Counted from the stretch's first letter, positions 31,659-46,505 are shown. The stretch: 64,000 nt of DNA from Eledone cirrhosa (GCA_964016885.1 OZ024756.1:44206001-44270000), one strand, 5' to 3'. Program-made: numbers and translations. Notes: generated by a model from the sequence alone, not told the origin.

Positions 31659-31826
31659 CACATATATATATATACATATATATATATACATATATATATA
31701 TACACATATATATATATACACATATATATATATACACATATATATATATATACACATATATATATATACACATATATATATACACACATATATATATATA
31801 CACATATATATATATATATATATATA
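30861..31826. repeat. Interrupted (TA)n/(CA) microsatellite with a short unique insert near 31432-31484
   Basis: Seen directly. Confidence 0.93.
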
Positions 31827-31962
31827 TTATTAAATGTCAATCGACTTTCGTTAAATCGGACCCAGGAAACAATGTTTCCGTTAGTTTTTCCAATTGCTAA
31901 TACTGTCTATCAGTCACAACTCCAGGTAGAAGGAGCAATGTGAAATAAAGTGTCTTGCTCAA

Positions 31963-32008
<46 letters not shown>

Positions 32009-32042
32009 ATATATGTGTGTGTGTGTGTTTATGTATTCATTT

Positions 32043-32215
32043 TATTGAGGCTAAATAGTCTTGTTACTCTGTAGTTTCACCTGTTTATGTCTGATTACCC
32101 TGTCATAAGCAGGTGAAACTCCACAGTAACAAGACTGTTTAGCCTCAATAATAGGAATATTAAAACTCTACTTCGGTATTGATTACTCTTTTATCTCGTC
32201 AACAACATACGCTAT
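32043..32215 (+). mobile_element. Collapsed foldback element: 108-bp imperfect hairpin (32043-32150) plus tail
   Basis: 47-bp arms with about 4 mismatches; retains GAAAC...GTA but no CTGANGA core. Confidence 0.55.
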
Positions 32216-33119
32216 ATCACATATATGTAAGGAAGACATTGGAAAATAGAACAAAGCACTAGATGGTGAAAAATAAACAGGAATAATGAAAAGAGACAAC
32301 AACAGTAACAACAACCACAAACTGCCATGAACACTGAAAGTTTTAATCTTCAACTATCAACAGGATATCTTTGTCATTTTGGCCTGTCACTTTCTTGTTA
32401 TTTTCTTATGTTTTGTGTTGTTTTTTTCTCCATTTTGCTGTCCATTTCCATCATCTCTGACCATTCTCCATCTAATTCCATCTAATATCGGCTTGTTTCT
32501 TCCGTACTTTTACATCTCTTATTTCTTATCTGTTCTTTGCCTTTCTCTTTCTCTGGCTTTCTTTCTGGAGTCTAGAAGAACTGTCACCCCCCACCCACCC
32601 CTCCAACGCACCTCATACACACATCTACACACATCATCATCACCATCATTATTGTCATTGTCTTTTTAACGTCCACTGTCCCTGCTAGCAAGGGTTGGAC
32701 AGGTCTACAAAGACCAAGCCAGTGCAGAAGTGAAGAGGTTACTCATCTCCAAGACAGGCCATCTAACCATAGAAAGACTTGCCAAACATAGAATTGAGAC
32801 TTCTGTTGTGTCAAGGGCACAACAACTTCTCTATTACCATTGACACAAAAAAATGCACCCAGTATACTCTGTAAAGTGTAGGAACATACATTAAGGAGAT
32901 GAAGCTCCAGTCCAACTTTAATTAAGTACTCACTTGGTTTGTGATAACAAAGCCATGCAGGCGGGGAAGATGGACGTTAAACGATGATGATGATGATATC
33001 TAATTTAGGTTAGCATGGGAAAGACAAATGTTAAACAATGATGATGATTATATATGTGTATGTGTGTGTATACACGTGTGGGTATGTGGCTGTGTGTGTG
33101 TGAGAGTGTGTATAAGACC

Positions 33120-33712
33120 TGTACACACTGTGTATGTGTGGTTGTGTGTGTGAGAGTGTGTGTAAGACCTTACATACTGTGTGTGTGTGGTTGTGTGTGA
33201 GAGTATGTGTGTGGTTGTGTATGTGATAGAGTGTGTAAGAGATGTACACACTGTGTGTGGTTGTGTGCGTGAGTGTGTGTAAGAGATGTACACACTGTGT
33301 GTGGTTGTGTGTGTGGTTGTGTGTGTGAGAGTGTGTGTGTGGTTGTGTGTGTGAGAGTGTGTGTGTGGTTGTGTGTGTGAGAGTGTGTGTGTGGTTGTGT
33401 GTGTGTGAGTGTGTGTGTGGTTGTATGTGTGAGAGAGTGTGTAAGAGATGTACACACTGTGTGTGTGAGAGTGTGTGTAAGAGATGTACACACTGTGTGG
33501 TTGTGTGTGAGAGTGTTTGTGTAGTTGTGTGTGTGAGAGTGTGTGTGTGGTTGTGTGTGTGGTTGTGTGTGTGAGAGAGTGTGTGTGTGGTTGTGTGTGT
33601 GAGAGTGTGTGTGTGTGTGGTTGTGTGTGTGAGAGTGTGTGTGTGGTTGTGTGTGTGAGAGTGTGTGTGTGGTTGTGTGTGTGAGAGAGCGTGTGTAAGA
33701 GGTGTACACACT
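33120..33712. repeat. GT-rich degenerate minisatellite
   Basis: Seen directly. Confidence 0.85.
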
Positions 33713-34450
33713 GTGGAGGTAGGAGGTGATGTACAGTAAAACCATCAGACCAGCTCTAATCCCACCAGACTTAATCTTCCCAACCTTCTAATCCGGGTTG
33801 TCATTATCACCATCACCAACATCACCACCATCACCACCATCACCACCATCATCACCACCATCACCACCATCACCACCATCATCATCATCACCACCATCAT
33901 CACCATCACCATCACCATCACCATCATCACCACCACCATCACCACCACCACATAATTCAATTCACTGAAATATTAAGAACACAGGGAGGTGGGGAGTGTT
34001 GTGTACCTGGAGAATGGGTCCTTCTCATTTACAATACCATCTTTTTAAGGGTATTTAGTCCTACATATCCCTGAGATTGTCACAAAATACTTTAACTTTC
34101 ACCATAAATCTGCCCCCAATTGCTGCTCTTGACCCCATCACCCCCAACCCAACCCCACCCTTAATTATTCCCAGGGGTGGGGTAATGTTCTGTCTCTGAT
34201 ATCGAAGGAGGGGACAGATCTGCCCACCTGTATCAGCAAATCGTCATTTACATATATTAATAAATTGTCTTTAATGAGTTTTATTAGTTAACTAATTGTC
34301 TGGTTTTAATTACTTTGTTGTTTGTGTTTGTATGTGTATGCCTTTGTATGTGTGTGTCTGTGTGATGTGCGTTTATGTGTGTACGTGTAAATGTGCGACC
34401 ACTCTTGTGTGGTGTTGTGAATATATATATATATACACATACATACATCC

Positions 34451-34483
<33 letters not shown>

Positions 34484-35001
34484 CATACATCTATATATAT
34501 ATATATAGACATCCACACACAAATAAGTGTGTTTGTGTGTCTGCATGGAAAAGTGGAGGTAAAAACGTAAAATATTTATATACAAATATATATATATATA
34601 CACACACAAATATATAAATATTATATGTGTATATATACACACAGATAAAATACGTGTGTGAATGTGAGAATTTGAGTGTGATTTTATATGACAGTTGCGA
34701 CTTACCAAATAATATTTAATAAAACAAGTGGAGGGGAGGAGACGAGGGGAGATTAATTCTGTCTCAAATCACATGACTAAGTTTGTGTGTTTTGGGTGTT
34801 TTTTCTGTATGGCTGATAGAGTAGTGTTCACTTTTTCATTTTTGTTTCTACGCTGAATAAATTCATTGATGGTGAGCTAATCAGCTTGTTTGGTTAGAGC
34901 TACGGTGATTCATTCAGAATAACAATATATTGTATATATATGTATAATATGTGTGTGTATGTATGTATATAATGTGTGTGTGTATATATAATGTGTGTGT
35001 G

Positions 35002-35032
<31 letters not shown>

Positions 35033-35171
35033 ATATATAATGTGTGTGTGTGTGTATATATATATGTGTGTGCGTGTATATATATATGTGTATGTGTAAT
35101 ATACATATATATATATCATCATTTTAATATCCGCTATCCCTACTACTAAGGGTTGTATATGTATGTGAGTG

Positions 35172-35207
<36 letters not shown>

Positions 35208-35548
35208 GGGAGGGAGAGAGAAAGACAGAGAGAGATAGGTAGATAGATAGTGAGAGAGAGAGGGAGAGAGATGGAGCAATATGTGCATTTATGTTTGATG
35301 TGTGTATGTGTCAGTGTCTATGTGTGAATATGTGTGTGTATATATGTATATATGTGTGTGTGTATATGTGTGTATGTGTGTGTATAAAATGATATCAGAC
35401 ATGAGAAGCATGAGTCGGAGTGGCTGCCAATTGCTCCATCTCAAAAATGATATTTAAATCAACTTCATTTTTTGCTACTTCATTTTAATAAACAATATTA
35501 TTTTCATCTCTACAAGATAATTAATCAATTAATTAGACTAGCAGAGAT

Positions 35549-35700
35549 GTGGTAAATTGTCAGAGTCGTTAGAACATTGGATAGAATGCTTTGTGGCATT
35601 CCTTCCAGCTCTGAGTTCAAATACTGCTGAGATCAACTTTGCCTTTCATCCTTTCAAACTCGATAAAAAAAAGTACTAGTCAAGTACTGGAGTTGATTCT
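35549..35700 (+). mobile_element. SINE, second family (diverged)
   Basis: GAGTTCAAATAC...CTTTGCCTTTCATCCTTTC...GATAAAA..AGTACTAG. Confidence 0.7.
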
Positions 35701-35754
35701 TTCTTTATATTACTTTCTCACTTCCTCTCTTGCACTCTTCGTCTTTATCATAAT

Positions 35755-36060
35755 CATTGTCATCACCGTTTAACGTTCATTTTTCCATGTTAGCATGGGT
35801 TAGACGAGTTGTCCTATTGCAGGAACTGCCAGGGCAGGTGACCATGTCTTGCTTATACAGAACTGATTTGGGCTTTGTTTCTACAGCTGAATGCCTATCC
35901 TAATGCCAACCACATTTACAGTGTGACTGGGTGCTTTTTGTCATGACACCTACATGACCACTTTACAGTGTGTACTGGGTACTTTTTGTTGTGACACCAA
36001 CACAACCACTTTACAGTGTGGGATGGGTGCTATTTGTTGTGACACCAACACAACCACCTC
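35755..36060 (-). mobile_element. RTE/SINE-type 3' UTR fragment
   Basis: Homologous to 2278-2540. Confidence 0.75.
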
Positions 36061-36753
36061 TAAAAGAAATCAGCTATGTTAAGACCTGGAAAGGTGATGG
36101 GCTCTGCCAGGTTTAATGAGCTAAGACATGCCATATACCCACACCATGTCCCTACCATTCTATCACAACTTACGAATCCCTACATATACAGTATAACAGA
36201 ATATATTGAAGTCCTTAGATACATATTGTGGTGGTGGTGGTGAGTTCATGGTGTGGATGGTGGTGTAGTAGTTGTTGATGGTGGTGATGACGGTGATGGT
36301 GGTGGTGGTGATGATGCTGATGGTAATGATGGTGGTGTAGTTGTTGTTGATGGTGATGATGTTGATGGTACAGGTGGAAGTTGGTCAGTGTGGGGGTGGT
36401 GGAAGTGGTGAGGTGATAGATGTTTAAGGGAGAGGTAAAGTGTAGAGGCTGTATGTAGAAATGGCAGTAGTGGGAGCAATGTTCTGCTGGTGGCAGCGAG
36501 GAGGAGAAAGGATTGATTAGTTTGTCAAGGTCAGATTGGTTCTTACTAATTCTCTTCAAAACAAGAATGTAACAAAGAAAGCAATCACTATTGGATGGAA
36601 ACCTGGTAGATTATGTGTATTGAAATGTGTGTACATATGTGTGTGTGTGTACATATCTCGATATGAATATATATATATATATATATACACACATAATCTA
36701 CACACACATCATACATTCATATATTTTCCCCCACATCAAACACACACAAATAG

Positions 36754-36792
<39 letters not shown>

Positions 36793-37090
36793 TACACACA
36801 TATATATATACATAAAGATGTAACCAAGATTGTCTGATGCTAATTCAGTAAAAGAAATAGTAAGGAAAACAAGTAAAAGACACAAAAGATTGGCCATCCT
36901 GTATTTCCTTCCCTCTTTTATTGAAGAGTTCTAGCTTTGAGGCAGAGCTGCATTTAGATTCAGACTGCATCCGACTGCACGTTGCAGCTGCTGTCTACAA
37001 CCTCTTTGTGTGTGTATATATATACATACATACGTATATATACAAATACATTTATATATATATATAAATGTATATGTAAATATATGTATG

Positions 37091-37134
<44 letters not shown>

Positions 37135-37513
37135 ACAGATGGGATGAATTAACAAACGAATCGACCTTCTTCTTCAGCCACCCTCTGGTGACTGCAATTT
37201 CGTGCATAAGAGTGATATTGCATAATACTGAGCCAAGGCTGCACAACAGCTTAGAACAAGCTGCTGGAAAGATACACATAAGACAACACAGTAACATAGA
37301 GAGCGGGAGAGAACAAGCGAAAATCTTTTAACAGGAAAATAGAGAGGACACAATGCAGATAAGTTGTGCAATTGGTCATATGAGAAGGAGGGAAATATAA
37401 ATAGACTTTTGTCAAAAAAGAAGAGGGAGAGAATGTGTTGTTGTTATGTGTGGTTGTTGTGAAGCTGTTTTTGTTATGTCTGGTGGTTGTGAAGTTGTAA
37501 TGTTTGGTGGATA

Positions 37514-37681
37514 TGGTAGAGGGTCAGACACGCTTTCCAGCGTAGTTACGTCCCTTTACGATCTGAGTTCAAATCCCGCTGAGGTTAACTTTGCTTTTCA
37601 TCCTTACGGGGTCGATAAAATAAAGTACCAGTAATGTACTGGGTAATTGCTGGCCTTGTGCCAAAAGTCGAAACAATTATA
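37514..37681 (+). mobile_element. SINE, second family
   Basis: B box GAGTTCAAATCC; core TTTCATCCTTACGGGGTCGATAAAATAAAGTACCAG. Confidence 0.82.
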
Positions 37682-37859
37682 TTATCATGCTGGTTGTCGT
37701 GGGATGTTGTTGTATATTCTCTGTAATGTGTCCTTTACAGTGTGTGTGTGGGGGGGGGGAGGTTTCAAAAATATAGACTGCTATTTCTAGCAGGTCAGAC
37801 AACTGTTTAAATAGTCTTTAGTCTGTTGTGATGGAGGTGGTTGATGTTGTTGTTGATTA

Positions 37860-38522
37860 TAATGATGATAACAGTAATGATGATGATGATGATGGTGATG
37901 GTGGTGATGGTGGTGATGGTGATGATGGTGATGGTGATGATGGTGATGGTGATGATGGTGATGATGGTGGTGATGATGATGGTGGTGATGATGGTGATGA
38001 TGGTGATGATGATGGTGAGGATGGTTGTGATGATGGTGAGGATGATGGTGATGGTGATGATAGTGGTGATGGTGATGATGATGGTGAGGTTGATGATGGT
38101 TGCGATGATGATAATGGTGGTGATGAAGGTGATGGTGAAGATGGTGATGATGATGGTAGTGGTGGTGGTGGTGGTGATAATGGAGGTGATGATGGTGATG
38201 GTGGTGATGGTGATGATGGTGATGATCGTGATGGTGGTGATGATGGTGATGGTGGTGATGGTGATGATGGTGATGATCGTGATGGTGGTGATGATGGTGA
38301 TGATGGTGATGATGGTGATGATGATGGTGTTGGTGAGGATGGTGATGATGATGATGATGATGATGGTGAAGATGGTGATGGTGATGATGGTGATGATGGT
38401 GATGATGATGGTGGTGGTGGTGGTGGTGATGATAGTGGTGATGGTGTTGGTAATGAGATAGTGGTGATGATGTTGGTGATGATGGAGGTCATGATGAGGG
38501 TGATGATGGTGATGGTGATGGT
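37860..38522. repeat. Degenerate (GAT/GGT)n tract
   Basis: Seen directly. Confidence 0.92.
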
Positions 38523-39097
38523 TGATAGATAATAAGAAGGCATTATCTATTTCATTGAACAGTGAAATATAGAGAGAGGAGAGAGAGAGAGCGGGGGGGG
38601 TGAGGAGAGAAAGAGAGGGGGGAGAGTGAGGCGAGAAAGAGAGGGGGGAGAGTGAGGAGAGAAAGAGAGGGAGTAGAGAGAGAGAGAAATGACTTGGCAG
38701 AATCTGATATGGTAGCCATAGTAATACTAACACAGACCACCATCACCACCAACACCACTACTACAACCACCACCTCCTCCCCTTCGATCCAGCTTCAAAC
38801 AGACTTTATCCCCCCTCCTTCTCCCTCTCTAAACTTAGTTGCTATGGTAATATAATTAACATACTGTGAGACTGGAATATTAAGTATTCTAGTACACACA
38901 CACACAGACACACACACACACAGACTCTTATACACATACTATCACAGACACACGCACAGACACACACATACGTGCACACACAGATGCAGACTCTTATACA
39001 CATACTATCACAGACACACGCACAGACACACACATACGTGCACACACAGATGCAGACTCTTATATACATACTATCACAGACACACATATACACTAGC

Positions 39098-39138
<41 letters not shown>

Positions 39139-39453
39139 TGGATAGATATATGATATTCATATACCACCATCATTATCATTGTTTTACAGCTTTATTGCCA
39201 TGCCAGCATGGGTCAAATGAGAAGTGATGGGGCAGGGATTTATGGTCAGCTACACCTCCTGATACCAACCCTTTTAGTCTCTTCATCCGACATTCAGGAA
39301 TATGGTCTCTCTATTCTTAAAACCAGCCCTGGTTTTCAGGATATATGTGTGACCACACACACACATACCACACACACATACCACACACACACACATACCA
39401 CACACACACACACATACCACACATAGACACTGACACACACACGCCTATATATA

Positions 39454-39554
39454 CTGGGTATCCCTCAAAAATGTATACACACTTCAACGCATTCTAATAA
39501 ATATTGCCTGCATAAATAATCAAAGCATGTATACATTTTTGGGGAGACACCCTA
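39454..39554. mobile_element. Tc1/mariner-type MITE (~100 bp) in TA context
   Basis: Imperfect TIRs CTGGGTATCCCTCAAAAATGTATAC / GTATACATTTTTGGGGAGACACCCTA with TA on both sides. Confidence 0.6.
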
Positions 39555-39567
39555 TATATATATATAC

Positions 39568-39616
<49 letters not shown>

Positions 39617-39699
39617 TATATAGTACCTTGGCCAACCTTTCAGCCAACCCTCGTACTGCAATTATCCTGTGTGTATTATTTCCATACTTTAGTTAATTG

Positions 39700-39848
39700 G
39701 TGAATTGGCAGAGTCGATAGAGCATCGGATACAATACTTTGTGCTATTCATTCTGATTCTCTGCTCTCTGAGTTCATACCCACCCAGGTCAACTTTGCCT
39801 TTCAATGTTGATAAAACAAGTCCCAGTCAAGAACTGGGGTCAATTCAT
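39700..39848 (+). mobile_element. SINE, second family (diverged)
   Basis: TGGCAGAGTCGATAGAGCATCGG head, GAGTTCATACC, GTCAACTTTGCCTTTCA core. Confidence 0.65.
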
Positions 39849-40015
39849 CCTCTTCGACCCTTTCTCACTTCCATTCTCTCACCATCTCTATCCTTCTCTG
39901 GAAGAAATATGTTGTGTACTCGGGCCTGAAGATAGGCTCCACCAGGTTTTGAAATGGCCAAAGAAATACTTTATGTCAATATGGCACCTCTACGACTCCA
40001 TTAGGAGTTATGGGG

Positions 40016-40805
40016 CCATACCATACAATACCACACCATATCATACCATATTATACCATATTATACCATATCATACCATATCACACCACACCATACCATA
40101 CCCACCATATCATACCATACCATACCACACCATATCATACCATACCACACCATATCATACCATATCATACCACACCATATCATACCATATCATACCATAT
40201 CATATTATACCATATCACACCACACCATACCATATCATATCATACCATACCATATCACACCACACCATACCATATCATACCATATCACACCATACCACAC
40301 CATATCATACCATACCACACCATATCATACCATATCATACCATACCACACCATATCATATTATACCATATCACACCACACCATACCATATCATATCATAC
40401 CATATCACACCACACCATACCATATCATACCATACCATACCACACCATATCATATTATACCATATCACACCACACCATACCATATCATATCATACCATAC
40501 CATACCACACCATACCATATCATACCATACCATATCATACCATATCATACCATACCACACCACAACATACCATATCATATCACATACCATATCACACCAT
40601 ATCACACCATATCATATCATATATCATATCATATCATATCATATACCATACCATACCACACCATACCATATACCATACCATACCACACCATATTATATTA
40701 TATTATACCAATTCACACCACACCATACCATATTATACCATACCATACACACCATGCCCTACCATACAATGCCATACTATACCCTACTATACTATACCAT
40801 ACCAT
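40016..40805. repeat. Pentanucleotide (CATAC/CATAT/CACAC)n tract
   Basis: Seen directly. Confidence 0.93.
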
Positions 40806-40910
40806 TTTAGTTAAGTTTATTTATAGAGTGTAATTGTTGCTTGTGTCAAACATGGGGGGGGGGGGGGGGGCAGGATTCCTGCAGCTAAGACAAACTTTGA
40901 AATTATGACA

Positions 40911-41048
40911 ATATTAGTGAGGGTGGGTGGTTAGTTTTAATGACTATATTAGTGAGGGTGGGTGGTTAGTTTTAATGACTATATTAGTGAGGGTGGGTGC
41001 TTAGTTTTAAGGACTATATTAGTGAGGGTGGGTGCTTAGTTTTAAGGA
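40911..41048. repeat. 35-bp tandem repeat, ~4 copies
   Basis: ATATTAGTGAGGGTGGGTGGTTAGTTTTAATGACT repeated. Confidence 0.9.
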
Positions 41049-41616
41049 ATTTATGTGACAAAAACATTTGGAAAACTCTAAAGGAAAAGGTTCCAACTTT
41101 AGTTACAATTCTTTCAGTCTTTTCTGCATCTTATATGTCAAACCAATTAATTATTAATTAACAATATAGAGCTGACTTGGCATTCTGAAAGTAGTTAAAC
41201 AAAGGTAATTTATGTTAATTAATTCTAATTAATGATAATTAATGGTTTGGTTTTCATTGTTTCCAAACACAACAAAATGTTCCATGAATTGACTGCACAT
41301 TAACTTCCTAATAACATGGTAGACTGTGACATTTATCAACAGCATGGTATCTTGTGTGCCTTGAGGGGCAACAGAAATCTAGAACTCATATAATGTTTGT
41401 TGTTAATTATTTTAAAACCGAACACAAAATAAAAACTGAAATCAAGTCACAATTTCATGATCAGATTTTGCTTAGAAATTTCACTAACGAATGTGTTTCA
41501 GTTTAATTTAAAGGGATTTAGTAAAATAACTAACGTTTTTTATTTATTTATTGGTATATCATTACCAATCTACACACACACATATATATACATATAAATA
41601 AATATATATATACATG

Positions 41617-41654
<38 letters not shown>

Positions 41655-41693
41655 AAAGGTAAACAAAAAAGTACACAGGTAAACTGTACAGTA

Positions 41694-42026
41694 CATCATC
41701 ATCATTTTACGTCCACTTTTCCCTGCTAGCAAGGGTGGGACGGGAACTGATTCTGGCTTGATTTCTACACCTGGATGCCCTTCCTAACACCAACCTCTTT
41801 ACAGTGAGTGCTGGGTGCTTTTTTGCCGTGGCACCTCCACGACCACTTTACAGTGGAATGATATGGACCCCAGTCCCTATCATCTCATTTCTACAGGTGA
41901 GTAAACTGGAGCAATGTGAAATAAAGTGTCTTGCTCAAGGAAACAACACATCACCCGGTCTGAGAATTGAACTCACAACCTTTTGATTGCAAGGCCAATG
42001 CTCTAACCACTAAGCCATGTGCCTCC
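41694..42026 (-). mobile_element. tRNA-derived SINE with RTE-derived tail, near full length
   Basis: A box TGGCTTAGTGG and B box GAGTTCAATTC on the minus strand; (GAT)n tail. Confidence 0.9.
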
Positions 42027-42487
42027 AGTACAATGAAGATATATATTAGTTTAACACTTGATATAGTAAGGAAAAAGTCTTAACATGTTAGACGTTAGTC
42101 CTTCATCAGAACATATATGTATACCAAAGTCAATTGAGGTGTGCCTCCATAACCCAATCCTTCTTTTCCCACAGTCTTATGTCTTTCCCACCACTATTTC
42201 CTAGACATAAAATAGGGGAAGTGGCTTATATTCGAGTATCTGTGGTAGGTTGTCTTTTTCTCATAACCCCAACCCTAACCCTAACTCTAGGTTGTCTTTT
42301 TCTCCTAACCCTACCACAAACCCTAAACCCTAGATTGTCTTTTTCCATTAACCCTAAGCCTAACCCCAACTCCTTACCTTAACTCCAACCCTTCCCTAAC
42401 CCCAAACCTAGGCTGTCTTTTTCTCATGGTATGTTAAATTGAAATTAATTTTTAAATTGAAATTAATATTTTTGAATTCAATTCCAG

Positions 42488-42578
42488 ATGGACCCCGAAT
42501 TCCGCTATGACAGTGAACTTCAAGGAATGATATTGAGTTCGTTCTTCTACGGTTATATTGTTACTCAGCTACCTGGAG
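42488..42578 (+). CDS. SLC17A5-like: Exon of SLC17 sialin-like gene (TM2)
   Basis: TTCCAG acceptor, GTAAGT donor, 91 bp (phase 0 to 1). [30 protein letters not shown] matches the SLC17 signature QG.IL.SFFYGYI.TQ.PGG. Confidence 0.92.
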
Positions 42579-43108
42579 GTAAGTTACATTGAAATAATGA
42601 CAAGGTATGTGCCTGGGGTTTGTGAGTTCGATTCCCTTATGTATGTATGCAGGTGTGTGTGTGTATGTATATATATGCATGTATCTATATATGTATGTAT
42701 TGCCGTATCTTGATAATAATAGAAACCTATGTACACGTGCACACATATGTATATACACACATGTATATAAACATGTATGAGTAGTGCTATATATGTATAT
42801 ATATTTATATATGATATTAATGTGTGTGTTTATAGGTGTGTAAATTTGAATATATATATATGCATATATATATATTTGCATTTATATGTGTATATATATA
42901 TATACACACACATGCAATTTCCAAAGAAAAAAGCACATGAATTGTCTGTTTTCCAGTAAAAGGACTCAAGGAAATCTCTCCATCGTTAGACACTAGTTTT
43001 TAATTAAAATTCTACTTCAATTTCGACTTCAATATTTTTTCTTTGTCGATATATTTTTGAAAATTCTATGAAAAAATATCAAACTGTCTCTCATGTTCTC
43101 TTTCACAG

Positions 43109-43143
<35 letters not shown>

Positions 43144-46116
43144 ATCTATCTCTTTCACTCGATATATATATATATATATGTATATGAAACACGAGTAGTT
43201 AAGTACTCTATACTTATGAAAAGTAGAGTATAGATATTATGATTATAAGGATCTCTGTGAGATATATATATATATATTCACATACAAGTGTTTATGCTTC
43301 TATGCATATACATACAAGGCTCTTTTGTTAGAGGGAGCACAAATACCAAGTTTAAACAAAAGTCCCCTAAACAACCCAGATCATACAATATACAACAGAA
43401 ATACTGTTTTCTATACTTCAATTATTTTGATCACCATTTTTGTCAGTAGACGCTAGAATACTTCTGAGATTCTATGATGTATTGCTGTTCTGTTTAGTCA
43501 TGTTTCACCTGTTGACTCATCAGCCATGTCTTTATATGTCTGAAGATGTTGGATGAAGAACTCTCTAGAACTCGATGTAGTAGCAACAGTTGCCAAGATA
43601 TCAGCAATTCTGTCAAAGACTGGCAGTATTCCATGAAGATCATTCTTGTAAACAACTTCAACGATACCAACAACAGTTGGACATTGAAACTTGATATGTG
43701 TCGTCCACCCCACCCATGTTCCTCTCACTCTCCTCTATCTTTTTATTTCATTTTTGTTATTTCTCATTCTATTTTCTGATGAAGGACTAGTGTCCAAAAC
43801 GTAAAGTCACGCTTCCTACTATATCAAGTGTTAAACTAATTTCTTCCTTGTACTGTGTTGTTCCTGTTCAAGATGAAGCGAGAGGATTTAACTGTTTTAA
43901 TGGCCATTCCACTGATGAGTTTTCTCATGTTTATATACATATACTATGTGTGTGTGTATGTGTGTGTGTGTGTGTATGTGTGTGTGTAGATCCTGAGTGA
44001 AAGCAAGGCTAACCACAGGAATTAAAAATGATTTAAAAGTTATATATATAATGTTAGCTTGGAATTATTTATTAATCCCTATATTTTGGATGTACCATCC
44101 TTTATCCAAAGGAAAAATGAGGTAATATCACAGAGGGTCTTCCTGTGCCTACATGTGGCACGGAGTTAGGAATGATCTCCCTTGTTTCATATATTTCACT
44201 TTTAATTTGTTTACAGTTGTAGTCAAAGTATTGTATGGTGTATAATGTAATGTTATCAGTCTTGTTGTCCCTGTCACTAATAAGTCTCTTATTGTTGTTG
44301 TAATAGTTGTAATAGTTGTTGTAGTTGTAATAGCTGTCTGTTAACTGAGGATTAATGTTAATCCTAGAGATGGATTAAAATATGAAATAACTAAAAACAA
44401 CTCAGATCTCTTCCTCTCTCTCTCTCTTTCCCTCTCTTGTCTTTCATTCTCTCGTCTTTCTCTCTCTCACCCAATTCATGTCTTTCTTCCTCTTATTTCT
44501 GTATTCTCTCTCTCTCTCTCTCCCTCTCTTGTCTTTCATTCTCTCGTCTTTCTCTCTCTCTCTCACCCAATTCATGTCTTTCTTCCTCTTATTTCTGTAC
44601 TCTCTCAGAGAGAGAGAGAGAGAGAGAGATAAATATATATCTATCTCTTTCTGTTGTCTCTCTCTCTCTCTCTGAACACACTCCCTTTCTCATGTCTACC
44701 ATTCTTCCTTCATTCTCTCTCCATTGTTTGGTTTTGATGGTAGGGTTGATTGTAGGATTATGGTTGGAGCTTGTTGGTGTTTGTGGATAGCATGGGCTTC
44801 ATTCACATTTCTTTATCTTCTAGACGAGGCTTAGTTATATATATATATATATATATAGTTCAAGGAGACAACAAAACAGAGGTACAAAATGTTTTATTAG
44901 TTTCATGCTTTATATAGAAAGTGGGAAAGAAAGTTTGACATGTTGGGCTTTAGCCCTTCTTCAGGAGTACAAAAATAGAGACAGGATCACAAAGGATAGA
45001 TAGAGAAAATAAATGGTAATCTGTAGTGAAAAAGAACTGAAAATAATGAGAGTAAACAAGACATGATCATGATAATAATGGTGGTGGTAGTAGTGGTGAT
45101 GATGATGGTGATAAGCATTCTATAAGATCTGAAGAGTCAAATATGTATGTTTATGTCTAACAAAACCAATGGTAATGCACAGACAATTATAAGCCAAACT
45201 GTTAATATAAACATATATATCATCAATATATATATATGTATATATGTATATATGTATATTTAATTGGCTGTAGCACTAAGACAGTATTTAAACATAATAG
45301 AGCTGTATATGAAGACATATATGAACATATATATAATACATATATATATAATAAACATATATACAATACATATATATACAGCAAACATATATATGTATAC
45401 AATAAGCATATATACAATACATATATATAATACATATATATAAATACAATAAACATATATACAATACATATATATAATACATATATATAAATACAATAAA
45501 CATATATACAATACATATATATATATACAGTAAACATATTTAATACATATATATATACAATAAACATACATATTATTCATGTATATATACAGTAAACATA
45601 TATATAATACATATATATATACAATAAACATACATATAATACATGTATATATACAATAAACATATATTTAATACACATATATATACAGTAAACATACATA
45701 TAATACATGTATATATAAAATACATATATATATACAATAAACATATAACCTCACTGTTGAATAACAATATTTTTTCCTAATGAAACGAAAACAAAAGGAA
45801 ATGAAAAATTTCATATATATTTTTTTTCATTTGGTTATGTTTTCGTTTCACTACGAAAAATATTTATCTTTGGCAGTGAAGTTATACGTTTATTGTATAT
45901 ATGTGTATTATATATATGTCTTTATATACACCTCTATTATATATAGACACATATCATTATCATCATCATGCTGGTATGGGTTGGATGACATGTTTTGTGG
46001 CAGCGTTTTACAGCAGGATGCTCTTTCTCGTGGCAACTTTTTTAGTCACCTCTTATGACCTGTGAAAATACCTATTCTAAAACCCAGGACACAAACGCCA
46101 TTTATATATATATAGT

Positions 46117-46505
46117 GAAGGCGCATGGCTTAGTGGTTAGAGCATTGGGCTTGCAATCGAAAGGTTGTGAGTTCAATTCTCAGACCGGGTGATGTGTTGT
46201 TTCCTTGAGCAAGACACTTTATTTCACATTGCTCCAGTTTACTCAGCTGTAGAAATGAGATGATAGGGACTGGGGTCCATATCATTCCACTGCAAAGTGG
46301 TCGTGGAGGTGCCACGGCAAAAAAGCTCCCAGCACTCACTGTAAATGAGGTTGGTGTTAGGAAGGGCATCCAGCTGGAGAAATCAAGCCAGAATCAGTTC
46401 CCATATGAGCAAGACAAAGTCAGCCGACTGGACACTGCCCACAACAAGACAACCCGTCTAACCCATGCTAGCGTGGAAGAACGGACGTAAGATGATGATG
46501 ATGAT
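46117..46505 (+). mobile_element. Full-length tRNA-derived SINE: tRNA head, CORE-like centre, RTE-derived 3' part
   Basis: A box TGGCTTAGTGG; B box GAGTTCAATTC; CCTTGAGCAAGACACTTTATTTCACATTGCTCCAGTTTACTCAGCTGTAGAAATG; 3' ~200 bp matches the RTE 3' UTR at 2278-2530. Confidence 0.92.

Noticed and set aside
39805-40833. 342-aa His/Tyr/Pro-rich ORF
   Set aside because: Pentanucleotide repeat translation that starts inside a SINE.
43498-43728. Minus-strand 76-aa ORF as an exon or GIY-YIG remnant
   Set aside because: No convincing motif or splice sites; orientation is opposite to the adjacent hammerhead relic.
46120-46192. tRNA gene
   Set aside because: A and B boxes are present but continue into a SINE body found in several copies.
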